A stretch of DNA of 64,000 bases from an uncultured candidate division Zixibacteria bacterium (GTDB lineage Bacteria > Zixibacteria > MSB-5A5 > GN15 > FEB-12): the NCBI GenBank assembly GCA_963664195.1, contig OY760907.1:320001-384000 (forward strand), given 5' to 3'. A program made the position numbers and the translations under genes. Every line of letters begins with the position of its first letter. Positions within the stretch are counted from its first letter, which is position 1. The notes under the pieces are model-generated. The model was not told where the DNA came from, did no database searches, and saw nothing but the letters and a program-made list of their open reading frames with translations. Shown in pieces: positions 27,700 to 36,831 of this stretch.

Positions 27700-30600
27700 T
27701 CACTTCAACAACAGCATCTTCCGCGTTTGGGTGAAACCGTTGGCCTCCAGACGGTAGAGATACACGCCGGTGGAAACCGGGCGACGCTTCGAGTCGCGTC
27801 CGTCCCAGACGGCGGCGTGTTCGCCAGCAGGTTTCTCCGCGTTAACGAGCTTAATGACTTCCTGACCGAGGATGTTGTAGACGGTCAACTTGACATGAGA
27901 GCGTTCCGGCAAAGCGTAGCTTATCGTCGTGCTGGGGTTGAACGGGTTCGGGTAGTTCTGTGAGAGAGAGTACGTAGTCGGAAGTGCAGAGCCATCTTCT
28001 GGTTCCTCGACACTCATCGGATCACAGCCTACAGGATAGGCACCTATTTGTGCGCTGCATGAGTTGTTGGCGGGGGCACAGGGTGAGCCTTCCGTCAAGC
28101 GGTAGTTGCTCTCTGACGTGTCACAGAATAGCGGGTCAAGCGACATGTTGCCGTAGACATGAGCCAGCGAGTCAATGCACTGAACCCAATCGCCCCCCAC
28201 GTTTCCGAAGATGTTGGTGCAGAATATCCGCGGGCTGTCCGAAACGTCACACATTACGGGCCACCTCTGCGGATGGAAGGCAATGATGCTGTTCCTGATT
28301 GTCGGGCTCGAACGGTGACAGTACAATCCGTCGCCGGCACCGTTGCTGTAGGGGCTGGCGGAATTGGCGACTATGGTACAATAATCGAACACAGCCTCGC
28401 CGACTCTGTACAAGTAGCATGCACCGCCAACCCTTGCGTAGTTGCGAGATATGTCGCAGTTAACGAAGCTGGGTGAGGCCGATTGCACTACCAGTGCACC
28501 TCCATAGTTCTCCGCATGGTTCTCAGTGAGAATGCAGTCCCGGATTAGAGGCGATGTTCCAACATCGCAAAAAACGCCTGCGCCGTTGTTCGTCCAGCCA
28601 TTGCGAATTGTAATGCCGCTCACAACCGAACTGCTGTCCTCGCAACTGTTGAACAGAATACCCCGACTGTAGTGACTTGAGGAACCTTCACAGTCGATTG
28701 TTGTATACGCCGGTCCATTCTCTGACGCAAGCACAAGTTGTCGACCGAAGAAATTCAGATCGTGGTTGCCTTCGCCGGTGTACACGCCGTCGTCGAGAAG
28801 AACGGTGTCGCCGTGAATAGACGAATCAATCGCCGTCTGTATGGTAGGGGCATCTCCGCTGCCGTCTGGATTGACATGCCATACGCGGCCTTCCATGCTG
28901 CAGCCCACATCGTACGCCCCGATGTGGCTGCCGTTGGACGTATTTCCGGGCGCGCAGGGGGATTCAGCCATGAGATGAAAATCGCCGTACCATTCTCGGC
29001 AGAATAACGGTTGCTGAGAGATGTTGCCGTAAACGCCAAGCTGGTCCTCAATACCGTTCACCCAGTCACCTGACGAATTGCCGAACATGTTGCAGCATAC
29101 CAGTAGGGGGCGTTCGCTTACAGAGGCCGAGATCGACGCTGAACCTGTCCCGCGGGCGAAGATGCTGTTTCGTATGATCGGCACACGGCTCTCGTCGAGG
29201 TCCCACATATAGATATCTGCGCCTCCCTGCGAAGCGTGATGTCCGTAAAAGGTGCAGTTCTGTATGATGGGTGCGGAGCGCGTCAGATAGATGCCGCCGC
29301 CCGTATTCTGAGAGTAAGTGAACGTGTTCTCTGCGATCAGGCAATACTCGATTCGGGGGCGACAATGGTTGTACATCCAGAAGCCACCGCCCTGCCACTC
29401 GGTAGTATTGCGAGCGACAACACAGTGAGAAAACGTGGGAGATGCCTCCCAGATAAACACCCCACCTCCATGGCGGGTACCCAAGTTGTCCGTTATGCTA
29501 CAATTCAACAGAGTACCATTGGCTCCACCACGAAATCCGACGGCGCCATTGTCTGCGATGTTGTATCGAAAAGTACAGTTACTGACGAAGGGCGTGGCAG
29601 AGTCAACCGCCGCCAGTCCGGCACCAAAACCGGCTCCTCCGCCCACCCAGTTGTTTTCGAAGGAGCAGTCATCGACTTTGGGCGACGCATACTTGCGGCA
29701 ACACAGTCCGCCGCCCGCAATCGAACTATCGAACGAAAAGTGACACAGCTCGATCAAGGGTGAGGCCCCCATGAGACAGGCTATGCCGCCGCCCGCTTGA
29801 AGCCCCCAGTTGCCCACGAAATGGCAGTTTCTGACGGTCGGCGACGCAGTCCAACAAAGTAGTCCTCCCCCTATCGAGAGCATTTCAGTATCGGTCGGGC
29901 TGCCAGTGACGTCGCCCGCGACGATATCAAACGGGGCGTAGGCGCGAGTGACAGTCAGCCCCTCCAATACCGTACTTTCACTGGCGTCGAACACAACGAA
30001 TCCACGGTGAGGGTCTTCTCTAGTCGCCTCGCAATCGATGATGGTCGCCTCCGGGCCGTCCTCTGAGCGCACCACCATCGCCTTGCCGTTCAGGTTGATA
30101 TCGCGGTTGCCGTCTCCCGTATAAGTCCCGGAGGCCAACTGCAACGTATCGCCGTGACGGGCGGCATCTATTGCCGCCTGAATCGTGGGAACGTCCCCGG
30201 TGCCATCTGCCCGAAGATGCCAAACTCGGTTGTCCGGTGCGCAAGCGACCTCTAGGGCTCCAAGCAGTTGACCGCAACTGTTGTTGGCGGCGGAACAAGG
30301 GGAGTCGCCGTCAACGTGATAGTCATCACTTGATCGGTCACAGAACCGAGGGTTGAGGCAAAGATTGCCGTTGATATCTGCCTGATCGGCAATCGAACCA
30401 ATCCAGTCGCCGTCAACGTGGCCAAAGATATCCGTGCAGGAGATAGTGATTTGGCTGGAGTTGATAGGTGAACTTTCCTGACCGTACGCGAGAATGCAGC
30501 AGTCCAGCTCAACCGGCTGGCCGTGCACTGAACTGCCATCGGAGTTGGCAGCGTTGCCCACAAGGGTGCAGCTCGAAAGCGATGTGGTAGCCAGTGTATA

Positions 30601-31352
30601 GAGGAATCCGCCCCGATTGTCGGCAGTATTGTTGACTCCAAGACATCGCGCCAGTGTCAATGATGAGCCGTACACGCTGTAAACAGCACCGCCGTCGAAA
30701 CCGAGATTATCAAGGAACGAGCAATCCGTGAAGACCGGTTGTGATTCGTCCCGACAGAAAACAGCCCCTCCCTTGATGCTCTCGTTATTGGTGAAGCGAC
30801 AATTATCGAACGTCGGCGAGCCGGACTTGATGTAAACCGCCCCGCCGTTAGAACCATGGTGTTGCTCAAACACACAGTCGACAATCACTGGCGAGGCGTT
30901 TTCGATAGTGATTGCGCCACCGCCGCGCAGAGGGTCGGGATGCCGACCGTCTCGAATAGTAAAACCGATGACCTTCGCGGTCGAATCCTCGAAGTTGTGG
31001 AAGTAGAAACCCCAATGCGGCTCCGCTTCGCTACCCTCGGCATCGATGATACAGGACTCAGGACCGTTCTCGGACATCAGGGCAATTGCCTTGCCTCCGA
31101 AATCGATTTCCCGGTTGCCGGTACCGGTGTATGTCCCATCTGCAACAAGCACCGTATCTCCTGCAGACACAGAATCAATCCCTGCTTGAATCGTTGGCTG
31201 GTCGGCGGGGACATTGACATCATAGCGCCACTCGAAGACACAGTAAGCACCGCGAACACTAAGCCGTTTCTCAGCAAGCCTCGTCCCCTCCCGAGAAGCC
31301 GCAGTGGGCTCACTAGGTGAAGCAGCAAACACCGATTGCGTTGCAGATTCAC
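27700..31352 (-). CDS. Secreted right-handed beta-helix repeat protein with FlgD-type (T9SS-like) C-terminal sorting domain; probable frameshift near 31220
   Basis: Three modules starting TIQ.AID..GDT.L..G.YTG.GN, GGA(I/V) repeats, SQNYPNPFNP..TGVYLYRL..RKMLLLK; the hydrophobic signal-like segment is in a different frame starting at GTG 31352. Confidence 0.8.
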
Positions 31353-31366
31353 GTTAACCTTCCCTG

Positions 31367-31825
31367 CTAACGTGCTTCATCAAGATTTACAATGGCAGAG
31401 TCCACGGATGGCCCTCTGCGCCACTCAGTCCTCGGGTCGCGCATGGGGAGACTCTCCTTTCGATACGTCACCAATTTTGCCTGAGATAGCCCTATGAAGT
31501 CTATGGATGCCAATGCCCCTCCACGTGTACCATTCCACAAGAACTTCTCTTCAAGCTCCTGATCGTGCTTGTCAACGAGAAAGAAGCACACATTGTTGTA
31601 ATCATCAGTACCACTATAATGCAGATAGGCGACAATCTCGTAGCGGTTATTGCTGACTCGGGCTATCTCGTCCGGAGGGCGTCTCGGTAGCCACTGATTC
31701 ATAACACGCAAACACACAATTGGAGACACCAGCAGGGCCAGGAACACTGACATGAGACACACCCTGGCGATGCGACTCCTCCTCGTGCACCTCTCGTCCG
31801 GACTCCGTTTCACCACGCTAGTCAT
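31367..31825 (-). CDS. Hypothetical protein with one N-terminal transmembrane segment
   Basis: 152-aa ORF with hydrophobic VCLMSVFLALLVSPIVCL; starts 18 nt downstream of repeat unit 1. Confidence 0.6.
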   Translation of the reverse strand: MTSVVKRSPDERCTRRSRIARVCLMSVFLALLVSPIVCLRVMNQWLPRRPPDEIARVSNNRYEIVAYLHYSGTDDYNNVCFFLVDKHDQELEEKFLWNGTRGGALASIDFIGLSQAKLVTYRKESLPMRDPRTEWRRGPSVDSAIVNLDEAR

Positions 31826-31843
31826 CGCGGTACGACCCCATAC

Positions 31844-32055
31844 TTCCGTGGGCGGCAGACGCCCTCGTCTGCCCCTTTGCCAGCCGCATCGCCCCCCGGG
31901 TTTCTAGTGGTCGCTTGATTGTCACACATCCCTCCCGAATCATCGAGTGAATCTGATTGGTCTAAGATCGCCTTCAAAATACACAATTGCGGGTGATTGT
32001 CAATCGGGAAACGAATCCGCCTGAGGTGGAACCCTGGTGGTCACAAAGGGCGAGT
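31844..32055 (-). repeat. Repeat unit 1 (212 bp, REP-bounded, promoter-containing)
   Basis: Near-identical to 33026-33237 and 32056-32285. Confidence 0.95.
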
Positions 32056-32330
32056 TTCGTGGGCGGCAGACGCCCTCGCCTGTTCCACTCACAGCCAACA
32101 GGCCCCCTTTGCCAGCCGCATCGCCCCCCGGGTTTCTAGTGGTCGCTTGATTGTCACACATCCCTCCCGAATCATCGAGCAACTCAGATTGGAATAAGGT
32201 CGCCTTCAAGATACACAATGGTCCGTGATTGTCAATCGGGAAACGAATCCGCCTGAGGTGGAACCCTGGTGGTCACAAAAGGGAGAATGCGGCTATCCCC
32301 CGCCCGAGGCACGGGCGGGCCACCGGGCCA
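32056..32330 (-). repeat. Repeat unit 2 (with ~22-bp insert and extra tail)
   Basis: Same core as units 1 and 3; insert TCCACTCACAGCCAACAGGCC at 32084-32104; tail GGCTATCCCCCGCCCGAGGCACGGG shared with unit 3. Confidence 0.95.
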
Positions 32331-32403
32331 ACACCTGCGTCTGCCCAACCACGATCACGAAACCTCACTCAATTGATGCTCCACTCACAGCCAACAGGCC
32401 ATG

Positions 32404-33012
32404 CTACATTTTCTTCAGTTCAGCAATGAACCTGTCATAGTCCTTCAAGAACCTATCTGCGTGCTCTAGTTTGGCTCGATACTTCTCAGTGCAGGCAAGA
32501 GCCTTCTCCTTCTCTCCTTGGAGATAGAAGATTGCTGGCAGTCGGTAAGCGGAATTGTCGATGGAGCAGTATGTTTCCACCGCGCCTGCAAGGGCCGACA
32601 GATCGAGGTGGCTGTTTATCCACGGAATACCGTAGTTTCGGATCGCATCAATCACATCCGCTGCAGTCTTATCGATGGGATGGCCCAAAGGAAACTTATA
32701 GACAATATACGTCTTGTCCGGGGAGAAATACCCCACGTTTCGTACAACGGTTGCAGACCACTTGGCGGACGGGAACCATGTGCAAATAGCTGCTAGCATA
32801 TCCATCACTTCCTTGTGATGGACACCTACTACCGGATTGAGCTCTACAGTCTTTTGAGCCCGGCGCGTGGTTGAGACCAGCCCCGTCAATCCAAAGGTGC
32901 TGCCGTCAATGTCAGCAACACCGACTTGTCCCTTCCTAACGAAACCATCTTCCTCAAGGAGATCCCATATCCTCGTCTTTATCTCCTTGGTAAGGTCTCC
33001 AAGTTGTCCCAT
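32404..33012 (-). CDS. Hypothetical protein (DUF4304-like, possible immunity-type)
   Basis: GGAGGAG RBS then ATG 33012; 202 aa with L..DGF.R N-terminus and YGIPWIN helix reminiscent of DUF4304-type proteins. Confidence 0.6.
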   Translation of the reverse strand: MGQLGDLTKEIKTRIWDLLEEDGFVRKGQVGVADIDGSTFGLTGLVSTTRRAQKTVELNPVVGVHHKEVMDMLAAICTWFPSAKWSATVVRNVGYFSPDKTYIVYKFPLGHPIDKTAADVIDAIRNYGIPWINSHLDLSALAGAVETYCSIDNSAYRLPAIFYLQGEKEKALACTEKYRAKLEHADRFLKDYDRFIAELKKM

Positions 33013-33025
33013 CTCTCCTCCGTCA

Positions 33026-33279
33026 TTCCGTGGGCGGCAGACGCCCTCGTCTGCCCCTTTGCCAGCCGCATCGCCCCCCGGGTTTCTAGTGGTCGCTTGA
33101 TTGTCACACATCCCTCCCGAATCATCGAGTGAATCTGATTGGTCTAAGATCGCCTTCAAGATACACAATGGTCCGTGATTGTCAATCGGGAAACGAATCC
33201 GCCAGAGGTGGAACCCTGGTGGTCACAAAGGGCGAGTACGGCTATCCCCCGCCCGAGGCACGGGTTGGGCTACCGGACC
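33026..33279 (-). repeat. Repeat unit 3 (212-bp core plus tail)
   Basis: Near-identical to units 1 and 2. Confidence 0.95.
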
Positions 33280-33301
33280 GCACATACAAGGGGGAGCGAC
33301 C

Positions 33302-33329
33302 GTGAGCGTCAGGGTTCCATCCCTGACGC
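33302..33329 (+). repeat. REP-like palindrome
   Basis: GTGA-GCGTCAGGG-ttccat-CCCTGACGC perfect 9-bp stem. Confidence 0.7.
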
Positions 33330-33333
33330 ACTC

Positions 33334-33375
33334 AACAAAACAATGCCGCCGGCAAGGGTAGTGTAGCCGACGGCA
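33334..33375 (-). terminator. Probable terminator after ftsZ
   Basis: TGCCGCCGGC...GCCGACGGCA stem followed by TTGTTTTGTT on the minus strand. Confidence 0.55.
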
Positions 33376-33476
33376 CCGTGAAGGAACCAATTATAGAGCA
33401 AACCAATCATCGCTCTATATTTGTAGGGGCCGCCGCTGGGATCGCATGACTCCCGACGACGACCGGAATTCACCAA

Positions 33477-34850
33477 TTAGTTGTCTTCGAGTCTCCTGAT
33501 ATAAGCCGGGATTGTTCGATCTTCCTCGGAGAAGGTTGGGACACGTCCACGATTGCCATATCCGTTGCCGTTGCTGCCGGTGAGGCGGTTACCGTACCCG
33601 TTATCGTGACCGTACTGTCCGTTGTCGGTCGGCTGCGGGTTGCCCCCTCCCCCGGTGCGGAAATCGGCTGCACTGGCGGCTGCCGTCTGCGGCATTGTCG
33701 TGTCCACCGGCGCTTCCTCGTGGGGGAATGCCATGGCGGTCGTGGTTCTCTGGTTCAGTTGCGCCTGATGCTGTTGCTGAATCGTCTGCCGCGGCTGTTC
33801 CGGGAACAGCGACATCACTTTTCCCGGCTTTACATCCTCGATTACCGGCTCAACCTTTTCGACCAGTTTCGGCTCTTCCTTGCCGATGCCGGTAGCGATC
33901 ACGGTCACACGCATTTGATCCTGCATCTCCGGATCGATGACAGCGCCGAAAATGATATTGGCGTTGTCGCCTGCCCCTTCGTAGATCAACGACGTAGCCG
34001 TATTGACATCGTGGAGAGTCATGTCCTCGCCACCTGTCACATTGATAAGCACACCCTTGGCACCCGCAATGCACGTATTCTCAAGCAGCGGCGATGAAAT
34101 TGCTTCCTGAGCGGCATCGATAGCCTTTTCGTCTCCCTGGCCGTAACCTGTGCCCATGATGGCGTCGCCCATCTCGAGCATAACCGTGCGGACATCGGCA
34201 AAATCACAGTTGATGAGACCCGGAATTGTGATCAGATCCGAGATGCCTTTGGTTGCCTGGTGCAGGACCTCATCGGCAGTCGCAAAAGCCTCGGTAAGGG
34301 TAGTTTTCTTGTCGACGATTTCAAGCAATCGCTCGTTCGGAATAGTGATGAGCGTGTCGACCTTGGATTTCAATTCGGCCAGACCTTCTTCAGCGCGATC
34401 GACGCGCTTTTTGCCTTCAAACCGGAACGGTTTGGTGACGATAGCCACGGTTAGCGCACCGGCCTTTTTGGCGATCTCGGCTACTTCTGGAGCCGCGCCC
34501 GTGCCGGTTCCCCCGCCCATGCCAGCAGTGATGAACACGAGGTTCGGCTGACCGAGCGCCTCGGCGACCTCGATCATACTCTCCTGCATCGCCTGTTTCC
34601 CGACTTCGGGATTGGCGCCGGCACCAAGGCCGTTGGTGATTTTGTTACCAATCTGAATCCGTTTCTCGGCCCGATTTTGTTCGAGTACCTGGGCGTCGGA
34701 GTTAATCGCGATGAATTCCACGCCCTTGAGTTCGGATGCAATCATACGATTGATAGCGTTGCCGCCACCACCGCCAACACCTACTACCTTGATGTTAGCG
34801 AGCCCCACGTAATCTGAGGCGAAGTTGAAGTTGTGATCACTTGCAGCCAT
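33477..34850 (-). CDS. ftsZ: Cell division protein FtsZ
   Basis: GVGGGGGNA, GMGGGTGTGAAP, INCDFAD, C-terminal IPAYIRR. Confidence 0.98.
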   Translation of the reverse strand: MAASDHNFNFASDYVGLANIKVVGVGGGGGNAINRMIASELKGVEFIAINSDAQVLEQNRAEKRIQIGNKITNGLGAGANPEVGKQAMQESMIEVAEALGQPNLVFITAGMGGGTGTGAAPEVAEIAKKAGALTVAIVTKPFRFEGKKRVDRAEEGLAELKSKVDTLITIPNERLLEIVDKKTTLTEAFATADEVLHQATKGISDLITIPGLINCDFADVRTVMLEMGDAIMGTGYGQGDEKAIDAAQEAISSPLLENTCIAGAKGVLINVTGGEDMTLHDVNTATSLIYEGAGDNANIIFGAVIDPEMQDQMRVTVIATGIGKEEPKLVEKVEPVIEDVKPGKVMSLFPEQPRQTIQQQHQAQLNQRTTTAMAFPHEEAPVDTTMPQTAAASAADFRTGGGGNPQPTDNGQYGHDNGYGNRLTGSNGNGYGNRGRVPTFSEEDRTIPAYIRRLEDN

Positions 34851-34880
34851 TCTAAGTTCCTCCTGAACTGCGTTGCTATC

Positions 34881-36104
34881 CTAAAGCTTCTTCGTTATCC
34901 AATCCTCAAGACGACTCAGCCAGCCTTTTACAGCTTTGCTCCGGGTCGTCGTTTCTGTTTCTGCCGTAAAACCGTATTTCAAAAGACCGTGCGCTGCCCC
35001 GTGGAGCGAGGCATTCAACTCCTCCGGCACGTGTGCAATATTCCCGATAGTGCCCAGCCTGACCGGCATGTCAAACATTTGCTCGGCGAGTTCCAGCGAA
35101 CCGGGCATCAATGCCCCGCCGCCGGTGAGCACCATTCCGGCCGTGAGGGCATCGGGCTGTGCTACTTTCTTCAGCTCTCTTGCCACCAGTGAGTAGATTT
35201 CCTCAAAACGCGGCTCTATAATTGAGGCCAGCACGTTGCGCGAGACCTCTTTGTCGGGTCTCCCCGCCACTCCCGGCACACCGATCATCTCGGTGGCATC
35301 GACCATCGAGGTCAACGCAGCGCCGTGAGATATCTTGATGTCCTCTGCCTGGGGAACCGAAGTGCGAAGGCCAATCGCTATATCGTTCGTGATATTTTTC
35401 GCGCCCAACGGAACCACCGCCGTATGGCGAATTGCACCGTCGTAGAACACCGACACGTTGGTGATGTCGCCGCCGATATCCAGCAAGACGCAGCCCGCAT
35501 CAAGGTCGTTGTCGTCGAGCAACACGTGTGACAGCGCCAGAGCTTCGAGCACCATGTGGTCAACACCGAGTTGACATCTCTCGAGCGCCCGGTAGATGTT
35601 CTTCGCCGAAGTCACCGAGGCCGTTACGATATGCGCCTCAACTTCCAGCCGGACACCGGACATCCCGACCGGGTCTTTGATCCCCGACTGGTCATCAACC
35701 GAGTATGACTGCGGCACGACGTGGATAATCTCACGGTCCACCGGAATGGCGACTGTACGCGATGCCTCGACCGCTTTCTTGACGTCGGCAGAAGTTATCT
35801 CGTTGTCGGAGCGACCGACACCAATCACACCGTGGCTATTAATCGAACGGATGTGCTCGCCGGCGATACCAACCGTAACGTGATCGATCTCGACCCCGGA
35901 CACCATCTGGGCATCATCGACGGCCTTTCTGATCGACTTCACCGTCTTGTCCATGTCGACAACGACACCACGACGCAGCCCGTCGGCGGTCGCACTGCCG
36001 TGACCGATCACATAGATATCTCCCTGCTCGTCCTGTTCGCCGACCAGCACGAAAATCTTGGTGGTGCCTATGTCGAGTACCGCTACGATGTTTTCGGCGG
36101 CCAT
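34881..36104 (-). CDS. ftsA: Cell division protein FtsA
   Basis: LDIGTTKI, DPVGMSGVRLE, DIGG, VLTGGG. Confidence 0.96.
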   Translation of the reverse strand: MAAENIVAVLDIGTTKIFVLVGEQDEQGDIYVIGHGSATADGLRRGVVVDMDKTVKSIRKAVDDAQMVSGVEIDHVTVGIAGEHIRSINSHGVIGVGRSDNEITSADVKKAVEASRTVAIPVDREIIHVVPQSYSVDDQSGIKDPVGMSGVRLEVEAHIVTASVTSAKNIYRALERCQLGVDHMVLEALALSHVLLDDNDLDAGCVLLDIGGDITNVSVFYDGAIRHTAVVPLGAKNITNDIAIGLRTSVPQAEDIKISHGAALTSMVDATEMIGVPGVAGRPDKEVSRNVLASIIEPRFEEIYSLVARELKKVAQPDALTAGMVLTGGGALMPGSLELAEQMFDMPVRLGTIGNIAHVPEELNASLHGAAHGLLKYGFTAETETTTRSKAVKGWLSRLEDWITKKL

Positions 36105-36105
36105 G

Positions 36106-36831
36106 TTATTTCCTCTCCCCTGTCTGGACAATCAAGTTCGGAAAACGGAGATCAAACAGTTTCGCTCCCTCGACCTCCGGTTGATAACTTTCTACAAACC
36201 GGATGAAGCCGGCAATCTGGTGGCGGAAATCCTCCGCCGTAGCTTTCAACCGGTACGGGAGACCGGAGATAGTCACCATCACACACTCTCTCGAACTAAA
36301 ATCGATTTCGTCTATCAGGCGATACAGATCTTTGTTCTCGCCTTTCAGGTCGCGAAGTTGCGGCAGCAGCAGGCCAACCCGAATATCATCACACATCTCA
36401 AACAGAGAACCAGCTTCCACGCCGGTCAACACAGGGTCGATCCACCCACGACAATCGCCCTCAAGCGGAACCGCTCTGGCCTGATTGTTCAGACCGAGCA
36501 TCTTGCCGGTCCGTTTATCGAGCAGGTAGCAGACAGACTCAAACCGATTGGTCTTGATATGCATTGTCCCGGGAAGAGAGTATTCGACATCAACTTTGAC
36601 CGTCCTTTTGTCATCCAAGAGACGTTCAGCCAACTGCGCCACCGGCTGTTCGAGCACAGACTTTCCGGAGGTCAATCCCATTTCGGACTCAAACTCTACT
36701 ACCGGACGATCATCAAGCGTCACCGCCTCAAGCTGATGCCAGTCGGTGAACTCCATGACTACAACCGATCCTCCTCCAACGAGAATGATCGCAAGAAAGG
36801 CCCATCTGATTTTTGCCGGCAGCCAGATCAT
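36106..36831 (-). CDS. ftsQ: Cell division protein FtsQ/DivIB
   Basis: One TM segment, POTRA-like region, C-terminal FDLRFPNLIV; position between murC and ftsA. Confidence 0.8.
   Translation of the reverse strand: MIWLPAKIRWAFLAIILVGGGSVVVMEFTDWHQLEAVTLDDRPVVEFESEMGLTSGKSVLEQPVAQLAERLLDDKRTVKVDVEYSLPGTMHIKTNRFESVCYLLDKRTGKMLGLNNQARAVPLEGDCRGWIDPVLTGVEAGSLFEMCDDIRVGLLLPQLRDLKGENKDLYRLIDEIDFSSRECVMVTISGLPYRLKATAEDFRHQIAGFIRFVESYQPEVEGAKLFDLRFPNLIVQTGERK

Noticed and set aside
33013..33168. N-terminal 52 aa of ORF 32404..33168 and the similar ORFs at 32000..32218, 31997..32197, 32225..32440 and 33175..33366
   Set aside because: These are translations of the repeat unit. The listed TTG start lies within the promoter, and the real gene has its own RBS and ATG at 33012.
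31844..33280. CRISPR array or classical integron
   Set aside because: Units are about 212 bp with gene-sized or zero spacing, no cas or intI gene is in the window, and I saw no clear RYYYAAC/GTTRRRY attC cores bounding the genes.
36106..36831. Absence of murB and ddl between murC and ftsQ
   Set aside because: A common variation in dcw clusters; the genes may be elsewhere in the genome.
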